Shown: positions 23,722 through 36,965, numbered from the stretch's first letter. The stretch is 50,468 nt of DNA from Octopus sinensis (GCF_006345805.1 NW_021826258.1:1-50468); one strand, 5' to 3'. Notes: generated from the sequence alone by a model not told the origin. Numbers and translations are program-made.

Positions 23722-24151
23722 CAGCAGCAGTTGTGTCAAAGACAGACTTACTGTCGAAATATCGTTCAACCAATAAAATATCTATTACAATCGAATCGCG
23801 CTCTTTGTCTTGACTGTTTGCCGTTGTGAAGAGTTACGTCAATCCTTTTTAAATTATTATTATTGCTGTTGTTGTTGTATATCACGCATACGTGTGTATA
23901 TCTATTTTCTTTCCTCCACCTCACTCTCTATTTTGTATCTTATCTAAATTAAGTATTACCTAACTATCCTCTCACACCGTCTCCATGAAGGGAAATAATA
24001 AATATCCTGGAAACAGCTGTAAGACATTTTATCTATAAATGTTCTAAAATCTACATGGCCTTGTTTTTTTTTTATCTCATTACGAAAAAAAATTTCTATC
24101 TATCTATCTATCTATATATATATATATATATATAACATTTTATATATATAT

Positions 24152-24242
<91 letters not shown>

Positions 24243-24298
24243 TCACACATACTTGTATGTGTGCGTGTGTGTCCATACATACATACATACATACATAC

Positions 24299-24535
24299 AA
24301 GAGAAAGAGTATATCTATGGACCATTGATAAAGAGTTTGCAAATCCAGTGCCCAATATACACTTTCAGCTTCATATCTATTACTATTGGAGCACAGGATA
24401 TGTACCAATCCATCTGGAGCAAAGTATGTCTGAGCTTTGTATCTTGAGGAGTGAATGCAAATCCTTCATTCATTATGCTACAAATGATCAATCACGATAT
24501 CTGAGACTATAAAAATCTGCAACACCCTCTTGATA
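24299..24535 (+). mobile_element. Decayed RLE non-LTR C-terminal fragment, homologous to 2084-2451
   Basis: EKEYIYGPLIKSLQIQCPIYTFSFISITIGA/GYVPIHLEQSMSELCI aligns with EKENSYAKLLRNLQLLYLDYMFRFITVIIRALAYVTHCLNTNLEKLGF; starts directly after (CATA)n. Confidence 0.65.
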
Positions 24536-24820
24536 TTTAAAGGATGGTGATTAAAAGAAGACACTTTCCTTCACAACCTTGCTACCAAATCGGTGGCCAG
24601 TCAAAATTTACTCTAAATTACGTACGAGTAAATGGACAAACGAAAGGAAGTGAAACTCAGCACAATCAGTTGGAGATATATATGCATCTTTTATTAAGAG
24701 TTTTATGCAACTTATAAATCTTCAGATACTTGTCGTTCTAGATTCATTCTTCGAGGCTATGAAACTTCAAGTTGTACGGAGCAGAGTCAAGTCTTATTGA
24801 ATAATATATATATAATATTT

Positions 24821-24878
<58 letters not shown>

Positions 24879-24879
<1 letters not shown>

Positions 24880-25511
24880 TAGTATTATAACCCGATTTCA
24901 TTCAGGTCTACGCTGGCCACATTTTAAAGATGAGGAATTTTGCCCTAGAGTCCACGCCATGCAAACTCCCCAGCAGGAGTGGCTGTGTGGTAAGTAGCTT
25001 GCTTCCTAACCATATGGTTCCGTGTTCAGTTCCACTGTGTGGCACCCTGGGCAAGTGTCTTCTACTATAGCCTCGGGCCGACCAAAGATTTGTGAATGGA
25101 TTTGGTAAACGGAAACTGAAAGAGGCCCGTCGTATATATGTATATATATGTGTGTGTGTGTGTGTGTATGTGTATGTATGTGTATGTGTGTGTATATGTT
25201 TGTGCGTTGGTGTTTGTCCCCCCACCCCAACATCGCTTGACAACCGATGCACGTGTCTTTACGTCTCCGTAACTTAGAGACCGATAGAATAAGTACTAGG
25301 CTTCCAAAGAGTAAGTCCTGGGGTCGATTTGCTCGACTAAAGGCGGTGCTCCAGCATGGCCGCAGTTAAATGACTGAAACAAGTAAAAGAGTAAAAGAGT
25401 AAAGAGTATAGGTGTGCAAATTTTCAGGTCAGTCCAACCACATTTACTAACACTTTTGCCCGCATAACTGCTTGTGAGACAACGTCCGCCCTTTTCACAA
25501 ATATATAATAG

Positions 25512-25512
<1 letters not shown>
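24879..25512 (-). mobile_element. Non-autonomous Helitron-like element interrupted by a SINE
   Basis: On the minus strand: A|TC 5' end at 25512 and CTAG|T 3' end at 24879; subterminal hairpin acctga-atgaaa-tcgggt about 11 nt from the 3' end; no TSD. Confidence 0.65.
24973..25406 (+). mobile_element. Family C SINE, full length, with an internal (TA)/(TG) microsatellite
   Basis: tRNA-like head (tggctgtgtggtaag...gttcagttcc), internal microsatellite 25133-25200, (GTAAAAGA)n tail. Confidence 0.88.
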
Positions 25513-25541
<29 letters not shown>

Positions 25542-25546
<5 letters not shown>

Positions 25547-25643
25547 GGCTCGTGGCTTAGCGGTTAGGGCATTCGGCTCGCGATCGTAAGGTCGTGAGTT
25601 CAATTCCCAGCGACGCGTTGCGTCTTGAGCAAGACACTTTATT
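25542..25643 (+). mobile_element. tRNA-derived SINE head B, truncated
   Basis: A box TGGCTTAGCGG and B box AGTTCAATTCC, followed by cttgagcaagacactttatt. Confidence 0.8.
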
Positions 25644-26330
25644 CGTCTATCTATCTATCTATCTATCCATCTATCTATATATCCATTTGTCTGTCTATCT
25701 CGCTCTCTATCTATCTTTCTATTTATCTAACTATCTATCTATGCACTTTGTCTTTTTACTTATATATCTGTGTTTGCCTACCTAGCAATTACAAAGATGA
25801 TCTATCCAGTTCAAGACGATCCTTTCTCATGTATCTTCTTAAATGCTTCACACAGAATCGCAGATAACATTAAAAGCAAGGACAGCCATGTTTGCGAGAG
25901 AGAAAAAGAGAGAGACAGAGAAAGAGAGAGAGAAAGACAGAAAGTCTTTGTTTCTTAGATCTTAATGGCGGCGTCGGCGGCAGCACTGACGATGCTGATG
26001 ATGGTGATGGTGATAGTTGTGGTGGTGGTGGTGGGGTAAGTGACGCTGGTAGGGGGAAACAACACCACACCATACAGGAGACTTGTCTCCAGTTTTTATG
26101 TAGGGAGTCAATATGACAAACGAGATATATAATAACTATTAGGCATAAGCGTGTGTGTGTGTGTGTATATGAGTATGTGTGTGTGTGTGTGTGCAGGGAT
26201 TTTCATTAAGAGATATATAGACAGACAGGCACACAACTAGCTGCATAGACAGACAGACAAACAGACAAACAGACAGATACATAGATACACAGACAGACAG
26301 ACACACCGACAGACAAACAGACAAACAGTC

Positions 26331-26439
<109 letters not shown>

Positions 26440-26440
26440 G

Positions 26441-26476
<36 letters not shown>

Positions 26477-26630
26477 CCGATTTTCCTTGGACTTTAAGTG
26501 TCACCTATAATGAGATTAAGCAATTATCTCATCTTATATCCAGGCATCACACATGTACACACACATACACACGCGCATACATACACACAGAGTTTGAGAG
26601 ATAGATTGATAGATTGTTAATTCATAAACA

Positions 26631-27050
26631 TAGGCGCAGGAGTAGCTGTGTGGTAAGGAACTTGCTTCCTAACTACTTGGTGCCGAGTTCAGTCCTACTG
26701 TGTGGCACCTTGGACAAGTGTCTTCTGCTATAGCCTCGGGCTAAAACAAGGCTTTGTGAGTGGATTTGGTAGACGGAAACTGGAAGAAGCCCGTCGTATG
26801 TACATATATTGTGAATGAGTGTGTGTATGTCTTTGTGCCTGTGCTTGTCCCCCTTCACTGCTTGACAACCGGTGTTGGTGTGTTTATGTCGCTGTAAAGT
26901 AGCGGTTCGACAAAAGAGACCGATAAAATAAGAACCGGGTTTAACCAAAAACATTCAAGTACTGGGGTAAAGTCATTCGACTAAAAATTCTTTAAGGCGG
27001 AGACCCTGCATGGCCGCAGTCTAATGACTGAAACAAGCAAAAGATTAAAG
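26631..27050 (+). mobile_element. Family C SINE, full length
   Basis: Colinear with 24973-25406. Confidence 0.88.
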
Positions 27051-28923
27051 TTACCTCAGTTCCAAGGCAGAAGGAAAACAAAGCCTAAAATGTTCTCATC
27101 GTGGACAGAACTTGTAGCCTGAAGGGTGTCCGACCGGTGTTTGGATTCGAAACTAAATGGTTTTGCGTCTTCTGTCCACGAACTGTGATACATTTATGAA
27201 TTTACAATAAATTCGCCTTTATAAGAAGTGGTCTTTATTTTGAACTCACCAACCAAGATTCACCTGTAGTATATAGATATATATTACAGAGACAGATGAG
27301 AAGAAGAAAGAGAGAGAGATAAAAATGAAGAGAGGCTAAGACCAGGAGAACAGCTTGCCCTAACATATGACCTCCGGTGAAAGTTAAAGCCTGTAAAAGA
27401 TGTGCGTGTAAATATATATATGTATATATATATATCATTTGTTTGGAAACGCATCTTACAATGCAAAAAAAAGTTATGTAATATATAGTAACTAACAACG
27501 AGATATTCAACAGGCAATTGAGTTATTATCACTTTATATTATGGATAAGATCGCTGGAATTCAAGGAATTATTAAATTATTCCCAAAGTAATACCGAAAT
27601 ACCTTGTTGTTACTTTGATATTTGAACACGCTTTTACATTGAATGAAGCTTTCCAAACAAACTAACGCCAATTTTCATATGCCGCAATGCTTCAAGCAAA
27701 CTACAAAATGTATATGCATATATATATATATATAAATATATATACACACACATAAACATCTATCGTTTAGAAGGACCAGAAAACAAATAGTTGGTACATC
27801 CGCGCATTAGCGAATATTCTAACTATGTGTGCGTATACACACACACACACATAAACACACACGCACGCACGCACATCCTTTCATCTTCATCCATACGCAC
27901 ATAATTGGAATGCCGAGCCAACGGACATTTCTTTCTCTCTGTGTGTCTTTTTCTCTTTTGTTCTCTTAACACTTTTGAAAAGGAGTACTTTACCTGAAAT
28001 ATGAAGACTAATTAAATAATTTTCACGCTGTTATTATTGACATATAATGTTTGATCTGCATTGGTTATGGCCTTCTAAAACACATTGATTTTGCTGCATA
28101 ATTCGTGTTGCTTTAAGGAAACTACAACGCTCTTATGTTATCTACATAACTATCTTTCTATAAGCGAGTGTTATATTTTGTCTGGAAGCGGAGATAATTT
28201 CAATAAACGAAGAAATTATCTTACATGATCTTGTATGGTATTTAATATACACTTATTCCTTCGTTTTGTTGTTCAAATGCATGTCACTGACCACACTGGG
28301 TTATTTCGCTTTCAATATGCTCTTACAGGATTAGTTAGAAATCAAAGCGTATATATCGCATTCAATGTGTTTCAGCAGGATCAGTCAGAAATCAAGCTCA
28401 TTTCGTCCCTGTTTTTGTTTGTTTGTATCCCGGATATGCCTTTAATATCGCTCGACACCAGTGACCTGTTCAACTTTGAGCAGTGGTAGCCTCACACATA
28501 GTTACATGCCAGTATCTATTGAAACGTCGGTTACATAGCGTTTTTGGACAATAGTTATTGGAAGAAGCACTTCCATGCTTCAGTCATTTCAGGCCATGTT
28601 TGTCTATTTGGTACATTTATAACTTTACAATTGGAACTTCATAGATTCATTTACGTAACTAACTTCTTGTTGCTATTTCTCGTAAGTCCGCATAGAGACT
28701 CCTTTCGTTACGGAATGGATGCAATAAAGATGGTGTGATAGCTTTGATCTTCCCTAAGTGGTTTCGAACTTTTTCGCAACACACACACAAAGTCACACAC
28801 ACACACACACACACATACATATACATACATAAATAAATGCATGTGTGTGTGTGTATATATATATACTGGATATATTGCATATATGTATATGTGTGTGTGT
28901 GTGTGTGTGCGTGTGTGTATGTA

Positions 28924-30207
28924 TGAGGTCATCCCATAAGTTCTGTCCAAATTTTGAATAAAGAAAACAAGTGATCAAATGTTATATTTAATTGAAATTT
29001 AATCAATGTACTTTCCCTGATTATCTATGACTTCTTTCCATCTATTTACAAGCTTTTTAATCCCATCAATGTACAACTGTTTTGGTTTCAAAGCGAAGAA
29101 CTCTGAAATGTCAGTTTCGATCTCCTCCTGGCTTGCCAAAGTTATGTCCCACATATGATTCTGTAAACTACGAAACAAATGGCAGTCTGAAAGAGCAAGG
29201 TCGGGAGAATAAGGTGATGAGGAATTTTTTCCCAACCAAACTCTTCGATCTTCTGTGATGTGATCTTTGCAGTGTGGGGTTGCGCATTGTCCTGATGAAC
29301 ATCACTCCTTTTCGATTCACTAAAGCGGGTCTTTTTTTCTTCAAAGCTTGGTTCAAACGCTCTAATTGCTGACAGTAGACTTCAGCATTGATTGTTGCAT
29401 TAGGTGGTAACAATTCAAAGTGAATTACTCCTTTGCAATCTCACCAGATAGAGAAAAAAAACCTATTTCTTATTAAGTTCCCTTCTCGGTTGTGGTTGAG
29501 CCTTTCCCCTTTTAATAAGCCACTGTTTACGATGTTTAACATTTCGATAGAAGATCCATTTTTCGTCACCAGTCACAAGTCTATCCAAAAAGGGTGAAAT
29601 GAGTCCGCGAGAATGGAGAGAAGAGCAGATGTCAACTTGGGATTTGCGGTTGCTTCCGAACAATTCATGAGGCACCCATTTTCCAAGTTTAGGAACCTTT
29701 CCAAGTTGTTGAAGATGACGATGAACAGTTGTGTGGTTTGAACTAAGCTTTATTGCCAATTCTTCAACTGATAATGCAGGATTTTCTTCAAATAATGCCT
29801 CAATGAGCTTATCATGAAACTCAACTAGACGTTCTGTTCGATCTTCATCTTCAAGGCTGAAATCTCCACTTCTGAATTTTGCAATCCATCTTCTGCAAGT
29901 TCTTTCATTCAAGCATTCTTTCTCATAAACTGAGTATATGTTTCGAGTCGCTTCGGCTGCAGAATTTCCTTTTTTTTTTTTTTACTAATAAAGCATTATG
30001 TGCCTTAAATGCTCTTTGGATACTTTAGAAAGGGTTTTAATCAAAGACATTTTAATTCTATTATTCTGTAAAATAATATTTAATTAGTTTAAATGTACAC
30101 AAATGCATAAAAATAATTTTAAATTCCATTAGACATTCTAAAATACTATTAAATTTCATTCAATTTTAAAAAAGGTAAAATCAGACAGAACTTATGGGAT
30201 GACCTAA
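28924..30207 (-). mobile_element. Full-length mariner (DD34D-type) DNA transposon, 1284 bp, inactive
   Basis: 24-bp TIRs tgaggtcatcccataagttctgtc and gacagaacttatgggatgacctaa (1 mismatch); TA on the left, CA on the right. Confidence 0.95.
28999..30028 (-). pseudogene. Mariner transposase pseudogene
   Basis: WVPHEL, TGDEKW and YSPDLALSDCHLF motifs spread over three reading frames; stops and frameshifts; no start codon seen. Confidence 0.93.
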
Positions 30208-30222
30208 CATATATATTATATG

Positions 30223-30280
<58 letters not shown>

Positions 30281-30421
30281 AATGGGACTTGGAAACGACT
30301 ATTGTAAAAGTATAAAGGGCAAATAAACTTGATAATCCTCTTCAGCCATTGAGACCCAACTCAACCGTAGTTTCGGTGCATCTAAAGTCCAGTATAGACA
30401 GACAGGCTGTTAAAATGGAGG

Positions 30422-30490
<69 letters not shown>

Positions 30491-31539
30491 TGATTGATTG
30501 ATACTTGATTTATTGTTTGATTGACTGATTTTTCCATTTTGTAGATATATTTGGTTTTGTTTTTTGGGTTTTTATTTTAGTTCTGGGTAAAATTCTAGTG
30601 TTTGTGGTTTCGTCTTTAATATCTCACAGCACTGGTCTTGTGACAATTGAAGGAATCACTATGTATCTTATTTCAATTCCAGTCGTCTGGCACTAGCGTG
30701 GGTTTGCAAAGCAAATCTTGTTGTTACCGTTTTACTTGTACCACTGGGTGGCGCTGTTATTTCTTACTATCGCCTCCTAAATCCATCCACACGGTTTCTG
30801 TCATGTGTATCTGGTTTCTCTCTCTCTACCTCTCTCTCTCTCCCTCTCTCTCCCCCTCTCTCTCTCCCCCTCTCTCTCTCCCTCTGTAGCGTGCGCACAC
30901 GCACACGTTATCTGACTTTCGCTCCCGTTCTCTCCCCCTTTCCTTCTATGTATATGTTTATGTTAGTGTATGTGTGTCTGTCTGTGTACGTATGTTCATT
31001 AAGTTTTTTGCGCTCCCCGTCGTCGTCGTCGTAGTAGTAGTAGTAGTAGTAGTTCTTCGTGTTGTTATTAGTGATTGTTTATTGTAGATTCCGTTGGATT
31101 TCTTACTCATTCTTATCTTTTACGTTGCTGTTGTTGTTGCTGTTGTTGTTATTGTTTTTACTATCATTGTTGTTGTTGTTGTTGCTGTTATTAATGTGGT
31201 TGTTTACTTTCTTCTTGTCTAAGCTTTTTTTCGTTTTTTGCAGTTGTTGTTGCTGTTATTGTTGTTGTTGTTCTTTGTAGTGTCATTGTAGCAGCAGCAG
31301 CAGCAGTAGTAGTACCACTACTAGTAGTAGTAGTGGTAGTAGTAGTAGCAACAGCAGCAGCAGTAGTAGTAGTAGCAGCAGCAGCAACAACAACAGCAGT
31401 AGTACTAGTAGTAGTAGTAGTAGTAGTAGTAGTTGTAGTAGTAGTAGCAGCAGCAGTAGTAGTACCATCAGCAACAACAGCTATTTTTCTCGTCATTGAC
31501 TAGTGTTAATATGGTTAGTCCACATTATTCCGTAAAGAG

Positions 31540-31764
31540 CATTGGGGTCGACTTCCTGGTTTCTCCAACCCATATATGTTCCTCCTTGGACGGGACACAC
31601 AGGTCCGTAGCAGGATTACTCACTTTTGCCAGCTGGATGAACTGGAGCAACATGAAAAGAAGTGTTTAACTCAAGAACACAATGCATCGCCCGATCCAGG
31701 AATCGAAACCACGACCTTACGATCATGAATCCAACACCCTCACCACTAAGCCATGAGCCACCAC
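31540..31764 (-). mobile_element. tRNA-derived SINE (head B + tail 1-like), diverged
   Basis: Colinear with 42468-42723. Confidence 0.8.
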
Positions 31765-31844
31765 TTATTTTTTTTTAAATTAAAGCAGTATTTAAATAAA
31801 TGTGGCCAGTTTACAACATCACAAGAGCATCGGATCCTTCCGCG

Positions 31845-32048
31845 CCACAAAAAAAAAAAAAAATCCGAGCGATATTTCTTCGGGTCGCAGTGGTCTGGAG
31901 TTCAAATCCCAACAACATCATCTTCAGCTTTCACCCCACCCCCGGTCGATAAGACAATGTACAAGGTGAATATTGAGCTCGATACCATTAACAAACATCT
32001 TGCCCTCGAAAACTGCTGGCCGGCCTTGTCCCTAAGTCAGAAACAATC
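31845..32048 (+). mobile_element. Family M SINE, strongly decayed
   Basis: gagttcaaatccc..gctttcacc..ggtcgataa..ggccttgt. Confidence 0.5.
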
Positions 32049-32073
32049 ATAGCCGTTATTCTTACAGTTATTG

Positions 32074-32135
<62 letters not shown>

Positions 32136-32588
32136 GGTGGTTGTGGTAGCGGTAGTTGTTGTTGTTGTTATAGCTGTTGTTGTGGCTCTTGAATATTTCT
32201 TATCTCCAAACAAAAGTGAAAAGCCTCCATCTACAGATTACGCCAAGGCTATGGGTGCCATTTAACGAAGAAGTCGCTTCTAATTACATACATACATACT
32301 TACAAGACGTACGTAAACGCACGCACATGCGTTATATTATATAAAAAATATAATATATATATAATATTATATGATATATTATATATAATATATGTATATG
32401 GTATATATATATAATATATATATATATAATATATAATGTATATGTATATATATATATGTATATATATATATGGTATATATATAATATATATTACGTAAAC
32501 ATACGCACACACATGTATATATATATGTGTACATTAATACATGTATGCATTCACATTTATATATATATGTATATATATAATATATGTA

Positions 32589-32626
<38 letters not shown>

Positions 32627-33256
32627 CACATATACAAATATTTCTGTATATGTGTGTGTATGTGTCTGTAAAGAGTTTATATATATATATATATATATAT
32701 ATCACGCACGTATACTTATATATATGCTTGTATATATGTATGTGTGCGTATACACGCAAATACATCTGTGTGTGTGTGTGTGTGCATGCTATTTTGTGAG
32801 AGCATGTATGTTTGTTAGTTACCAAAAGAATCCTTTTGTTTTTCATTTCCACATTCAGAGTCTCTGTAGAAACGCAATAAGCAATAACAACACAACCTAA
32901 ATGGCAAAGACATCAAACAACAACAAGAACAACAACTACAACAACAACAACAACAACAGAAACAAAAACAAGAATAGAATAAACTGAACAGAGAGCAAAC
33001 AAACAAGAATAAACATCGTCATACACCCCAAACATCATCATCATCACCATCATCATTGCACACTTTGCGACATCCATCCACCTCTGTGTATGTGTGTGTG
33101 TGTGTGTGTGAGTGTTTCTGTTTGTTAACGTAGCATATATACATAAACATATGTGTACCTATATGTGTGTGTGTGTGTGTACATACATACATACATACAT
33201 ACAGGTTTTTTACTCGATACAGTCACAATATTTGAAGAAAGATCTTCATAAAAGCA

Positions 33257-33537
33257 ATTAACTATTTTCAAAATATCTTAGAAAAATAAAAAATATGATA
33301 CGAAGCTTTTGGAATAAAGTTTTCGTTTTGTGTGTAAGCGCTTTCCTCGTTAAATTTTTCTTTTTTTTTTCTTTTCTCAAATACGCGTATTATGGGGGAT
33401 AGAAGTGATACCACGTGTGTCTGAAAATCTGTACTCCGAAAGCTCAATACGAAACTCTAAAATTGCGAAACAATACGAAATTCCAAAATATATGCGCCAT
33501 TCTTGTTTTCTGAGATGTTTTTGAAACATAGTTAATA
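33257..33537. mobile_element. Decayed MITE-like element with ~33-bp imperfect inverted repeats
   Basis: attaactattttcaaaatatcttagaaaaataa versus the reverse complement of ttgttttctgagatgtttttgaaacatagttaat. Confidence 0.45.
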
Positions 33538-33557
33538 TTTGATTTTTTAATCTTTCT

Positions 33558-33610
<53 letters not shown>

Positions 33611-33721
33611 CCTCTCTCTCTCTAGATATGTGTGTGTGCTTACGTGTGCGTGCGTGTGTGTGTGTGTGTGTGTGCTTGCGTGCGCATGTGCGTGTGTGTG
33701 TGTATATATATATGTGTGTGC

Positions 33722-33862
33722 ATGTTTACGTCCCCGTAACGTAGCGGTTCGGCAAAACAGACTGATAGAATAAGTACTAGGTTTACAAAGAATAAGTCCT
33801 GGGGTCGATTTGTTCGACTAAAAGCGGTGCTCCAGCATAGCCGCAGTCAAATGACTGAAACA
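33722..33862 (+). mobile_element. Family C SINE 3' half
   Basis: High similarity to 25258-25382. Confidence 0.85.
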
Positions 33863-33863
33863 A

Positions 33864-34604
33864 GGTTACGATGAATAAACTGTCGTCTAAATTACACAAA
33901 AATGAAAATAACACTGACATCTCATTTTAACAGATATATTTATCAAAATTACACAAAGATATCTTGAAATACTAGAGAGTAAATTTATTGAATAAAATCG
34001 CCATTGGCTTCAACCATGGCCTCCAGACGACTTCGGAATCCCCTACAACTCTTTTGGACGATCTTCTTGCTTAAGTTGGTGAATGCTGCCATAATCTTTG
34101 CCTTCATTTCATCTTTGGTGTTCCACAGAGTTTTGTTGGTCTCTCACTCAACTGCGCCCCACACATAATAATCAAGGGTGTTGCAGTTTGGGGAGTTAAG
34201 TGGTCAGATGTGAGGGGTGATGTGGTCGCAGAAATTGTCTGACAGCCATGACTGGGGTTTCTTTTTTATGTGGCATGATGCAGAGTCCTGTTGCCAGACA
34301 TAGGGTCTTCCAGCAGCCACCCTCTTGACCCAGGGAAGCACTATCTCCTCCAGGCACTTGATGTAGGCATCCGTGTTGAGTTTGGGGTCGTGTGGGAAGA
34401 TGAATGGAGGCATAACGTCGCCATTATTAGTAATTATTCCAAACATCATGATGCTGATTGGGTGTTTGGTTTTTATCACTCTCAGATTGACACCCAAACA
34501 CTCTGAAATGTTCGTATTGGAGCTTCCGGCACAAATGCCAAGCTTTACAGCATGTCGTTTTCAAATTTCTGGCAGATTGAATTGCGCCATGGTACTGTTT
34601 TTCT
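33864..34604 (-). mobile_element. DD37D (maT/mori-type) transposon with internally deleted transposase pseudogene (33985-34590)
   Basis: MAQFNLPEI*...GVNLR joined to VIKTKHP...WQQDSASCH...PLNSPNCNTLDYYVWGAVE; 37 residues between the second and third Asp. Confidence 0.85.
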
Positions 34605-35112
34605 CACAGAAGGTAAAAAAGCTCGATAAATTGGTACAGCATGAGCTCAATGAAAATCAAAAAGTTCGGCGTTTTGAAGTGTGCTCGATGCGAAACACCA
34701 ATGATCCTTTTCTTGACCGAAAAGTTACTTGTGACGAAAAGTGGATCCTTTATGATAACCGTAAACGATCGGATCAATGACTTGATCGTGATGAGTCCCC
34801 CAAACATTTCCCAAAGCCAAAGTTGCATCAGCAAAAGATTATGGTGACTGTCTAGTGGTCTGCAATTGGTGTTGTCCATTACAGCTTTCTGGAAGCCAAT
34901 CAGAGCATTACAGCAGAGGTTTACTGCAATCAACTCACTGAAATGCATGCTCAATAAGTTTTTACCAGCAAGGCACAAATAATCTCGTTGATCGATGGCA
35001 GAGATGCACAGATGTTCACGGTTCATACTTTGACTAGTCAAAACATTTCAATCGTTAATTTTTCCAGAATAAAATTGTTTTTGAAATCAGTCATTATTTT
35101 CGGAACAACCTC
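34605..35112 (+). mobile_element. Deleted mariner fragment of a second family, with a 3' TIR-like end
   Basis: KVKKLDKLVQHEL...FLDRKVTCDEKWILYDN...WSAIGVVHY...ITAEVYCNQL; ends cattattttcggaacaacctca-TA. Confidence 0.85.
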
Positions 35113-35147
35113 ATACATACATACATACATACATACATACATACACA

Positions 35148-35222
<75 letters not shown>

Positions 35223-35786
35223 TGCTGGGGTCGATTCATTCGACTAAAAGCACTTCAAGACGGTACCCCAGCATGGCCGCAGTCTAGTAATTGAAACAAT
35301 TAAAAGATAAAAGATTCGTGCATGTTTGTCTGTATACACATCTATACAAACACACAGACACAAAGTTTATATCAGAAGCAATCGATTTTGTGGACAACGT
35401 TCAGATTTTCTCCTAATTAAGTAACTATATCCTAGAGTTTTTTTTCATTGATATCTGGCCACGTATTATACAACAAAAGATTTAACGTTTCCGGTTAACC
35501 ACTTCACTCATTTCCTTTCGGGGTGCTAAGAAAAAAAAAGACCCCCAAAAACGTTTTCTCACGCATAAACAGTTGACCATCAATGTCGAGTATCTGTTTC
35601 CTGCGATTTAATTTGGTCAGTAGAATATAAGTGGTATTTATTTATTCATTTATGTTTGATTTATTTTTAAAAAGATATCTTTGTATGTCTTAATTAGCTA
35701 GATAGCTCGCTCGTTATCGAGTTAAATCCAAAATACTCCCATCCATATTTCTATCTCTTCGTCTGTCTATTCATATATTCATCTGC

Positions 35787-36216
35787 TTGGTAAGAGGTTT
35801 TCTTCCCAACTCCTAACCACAGAATTCTAGGTTCAGTGCCACTGCGTGGCAACTTGGGCGAGAGCCTTCTACTATACTTCTACTATAAGTTCAGTAGATG
35901 GAAACTGAAAAAAAAACTTGTCGTATACATATGTGTGTGTGTGGATACGTCCGTGCGTGCGTGTGTATGTGTATGCGCGCGCGCGTGTCCGTCTGTTTGC
36001 CTTTCTGTATGTCCTTGTCGTCCCACAACCGCTTGAAAACCGATGCTGTTTTTTTGTTTGCCTCCCCGTAACTTAGCGGTTCAGCAATAGACACTCGATA
36101 CAACAAAAGTAACAGGCCTTAAAAGATAAGGTTCTGCGGTTTATTCGTTCGACTTAAACCCTGCAAGGCGATGCCCCAGCATGGCGACAGTCCGATGATT
36201 GGAACAGGTGAAAGAT

Positions 36217-36220
<4 letters not shown>
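35787..36220 (+). mobile_element. Family C SINE, diverged
   Basis: Colinear with 24973-25406, including the internal TG tract; another 3' piece lies at 35221-35314. Confidence 0.8.
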
Positions 36221-36297
<77 letters not shown>

Positions 36298-36327
36298 GAT
36301 AGATGATAAAAAAAAAATGTTCTGGTA

Positions 36328-36393
<66 letters not shown>

Positions 36394-36424
36394 TATTATT
36401 ATTAATATTATTATTATTAATAAT

Positions 36425-36929
36425 ACAGACCGAACCATCAAAGCCAATAAACCAGATATTGTTGTGAAAGACAAAAACAATAAAGTGTGCTTATTGATCG
36501 ACATGAGCATCCCCTGTGATCATAATATCTCGGCGAAAGAGTTTGACAAGCTCAGAAAATATAAAGACCTGCTCATTGAAATTGAGAAAATGTGGCATCT
36601 CAAGGCGGTTACAATACCAGTGTTCGTAGGAGCACTAGGAATGATCAAGAAAGGAACCGAAAATTATATGAGAATGATCCCTGGCTTACCATCCCTGCAA
36701 GAAGTGCAAAAGATTGTCTTAACTGGTACATCACACGTATTGAGAAGAGCATTGTCGCTGTGAGAACTATTACTACCCATGTAGTAATAGTTTTTTAACT
36801 TAAAAAAAAAAAAAATGAACGAACTATTGAGTTTAGTTTAATGGCCTACCAATATATACTATGAGTTTCTTTGCCCTAGGAGTCGGGAAGACACTCGGCA
36901 AGAAATGGAAGCAAATTTGAAAGAAGAAG

Positions 36930-36930
<1 letters not shown>
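36425..36930 (+). mobile_element. 5'-truncated R4/Dong-like non-LTR retrotransposon (RLE domain plus 3' UTR) in (TAA)n
   Basis: Open frame TDRTIKANKPDIVVKDK...LIDMSIP...KEFDKLRKYKDL..EIEKMW...IPVFVGALG...LRRALSL*; (ATT)/(TAA)n on both sides. Confidence 0.88.

Positions 36931-36965
<35 letters not shown>

Noticed and set aside
28235-28740. Complex sequence with short ORFs
   Set aside because: No recognisable protein motif or splice structure; probably an old repeat.
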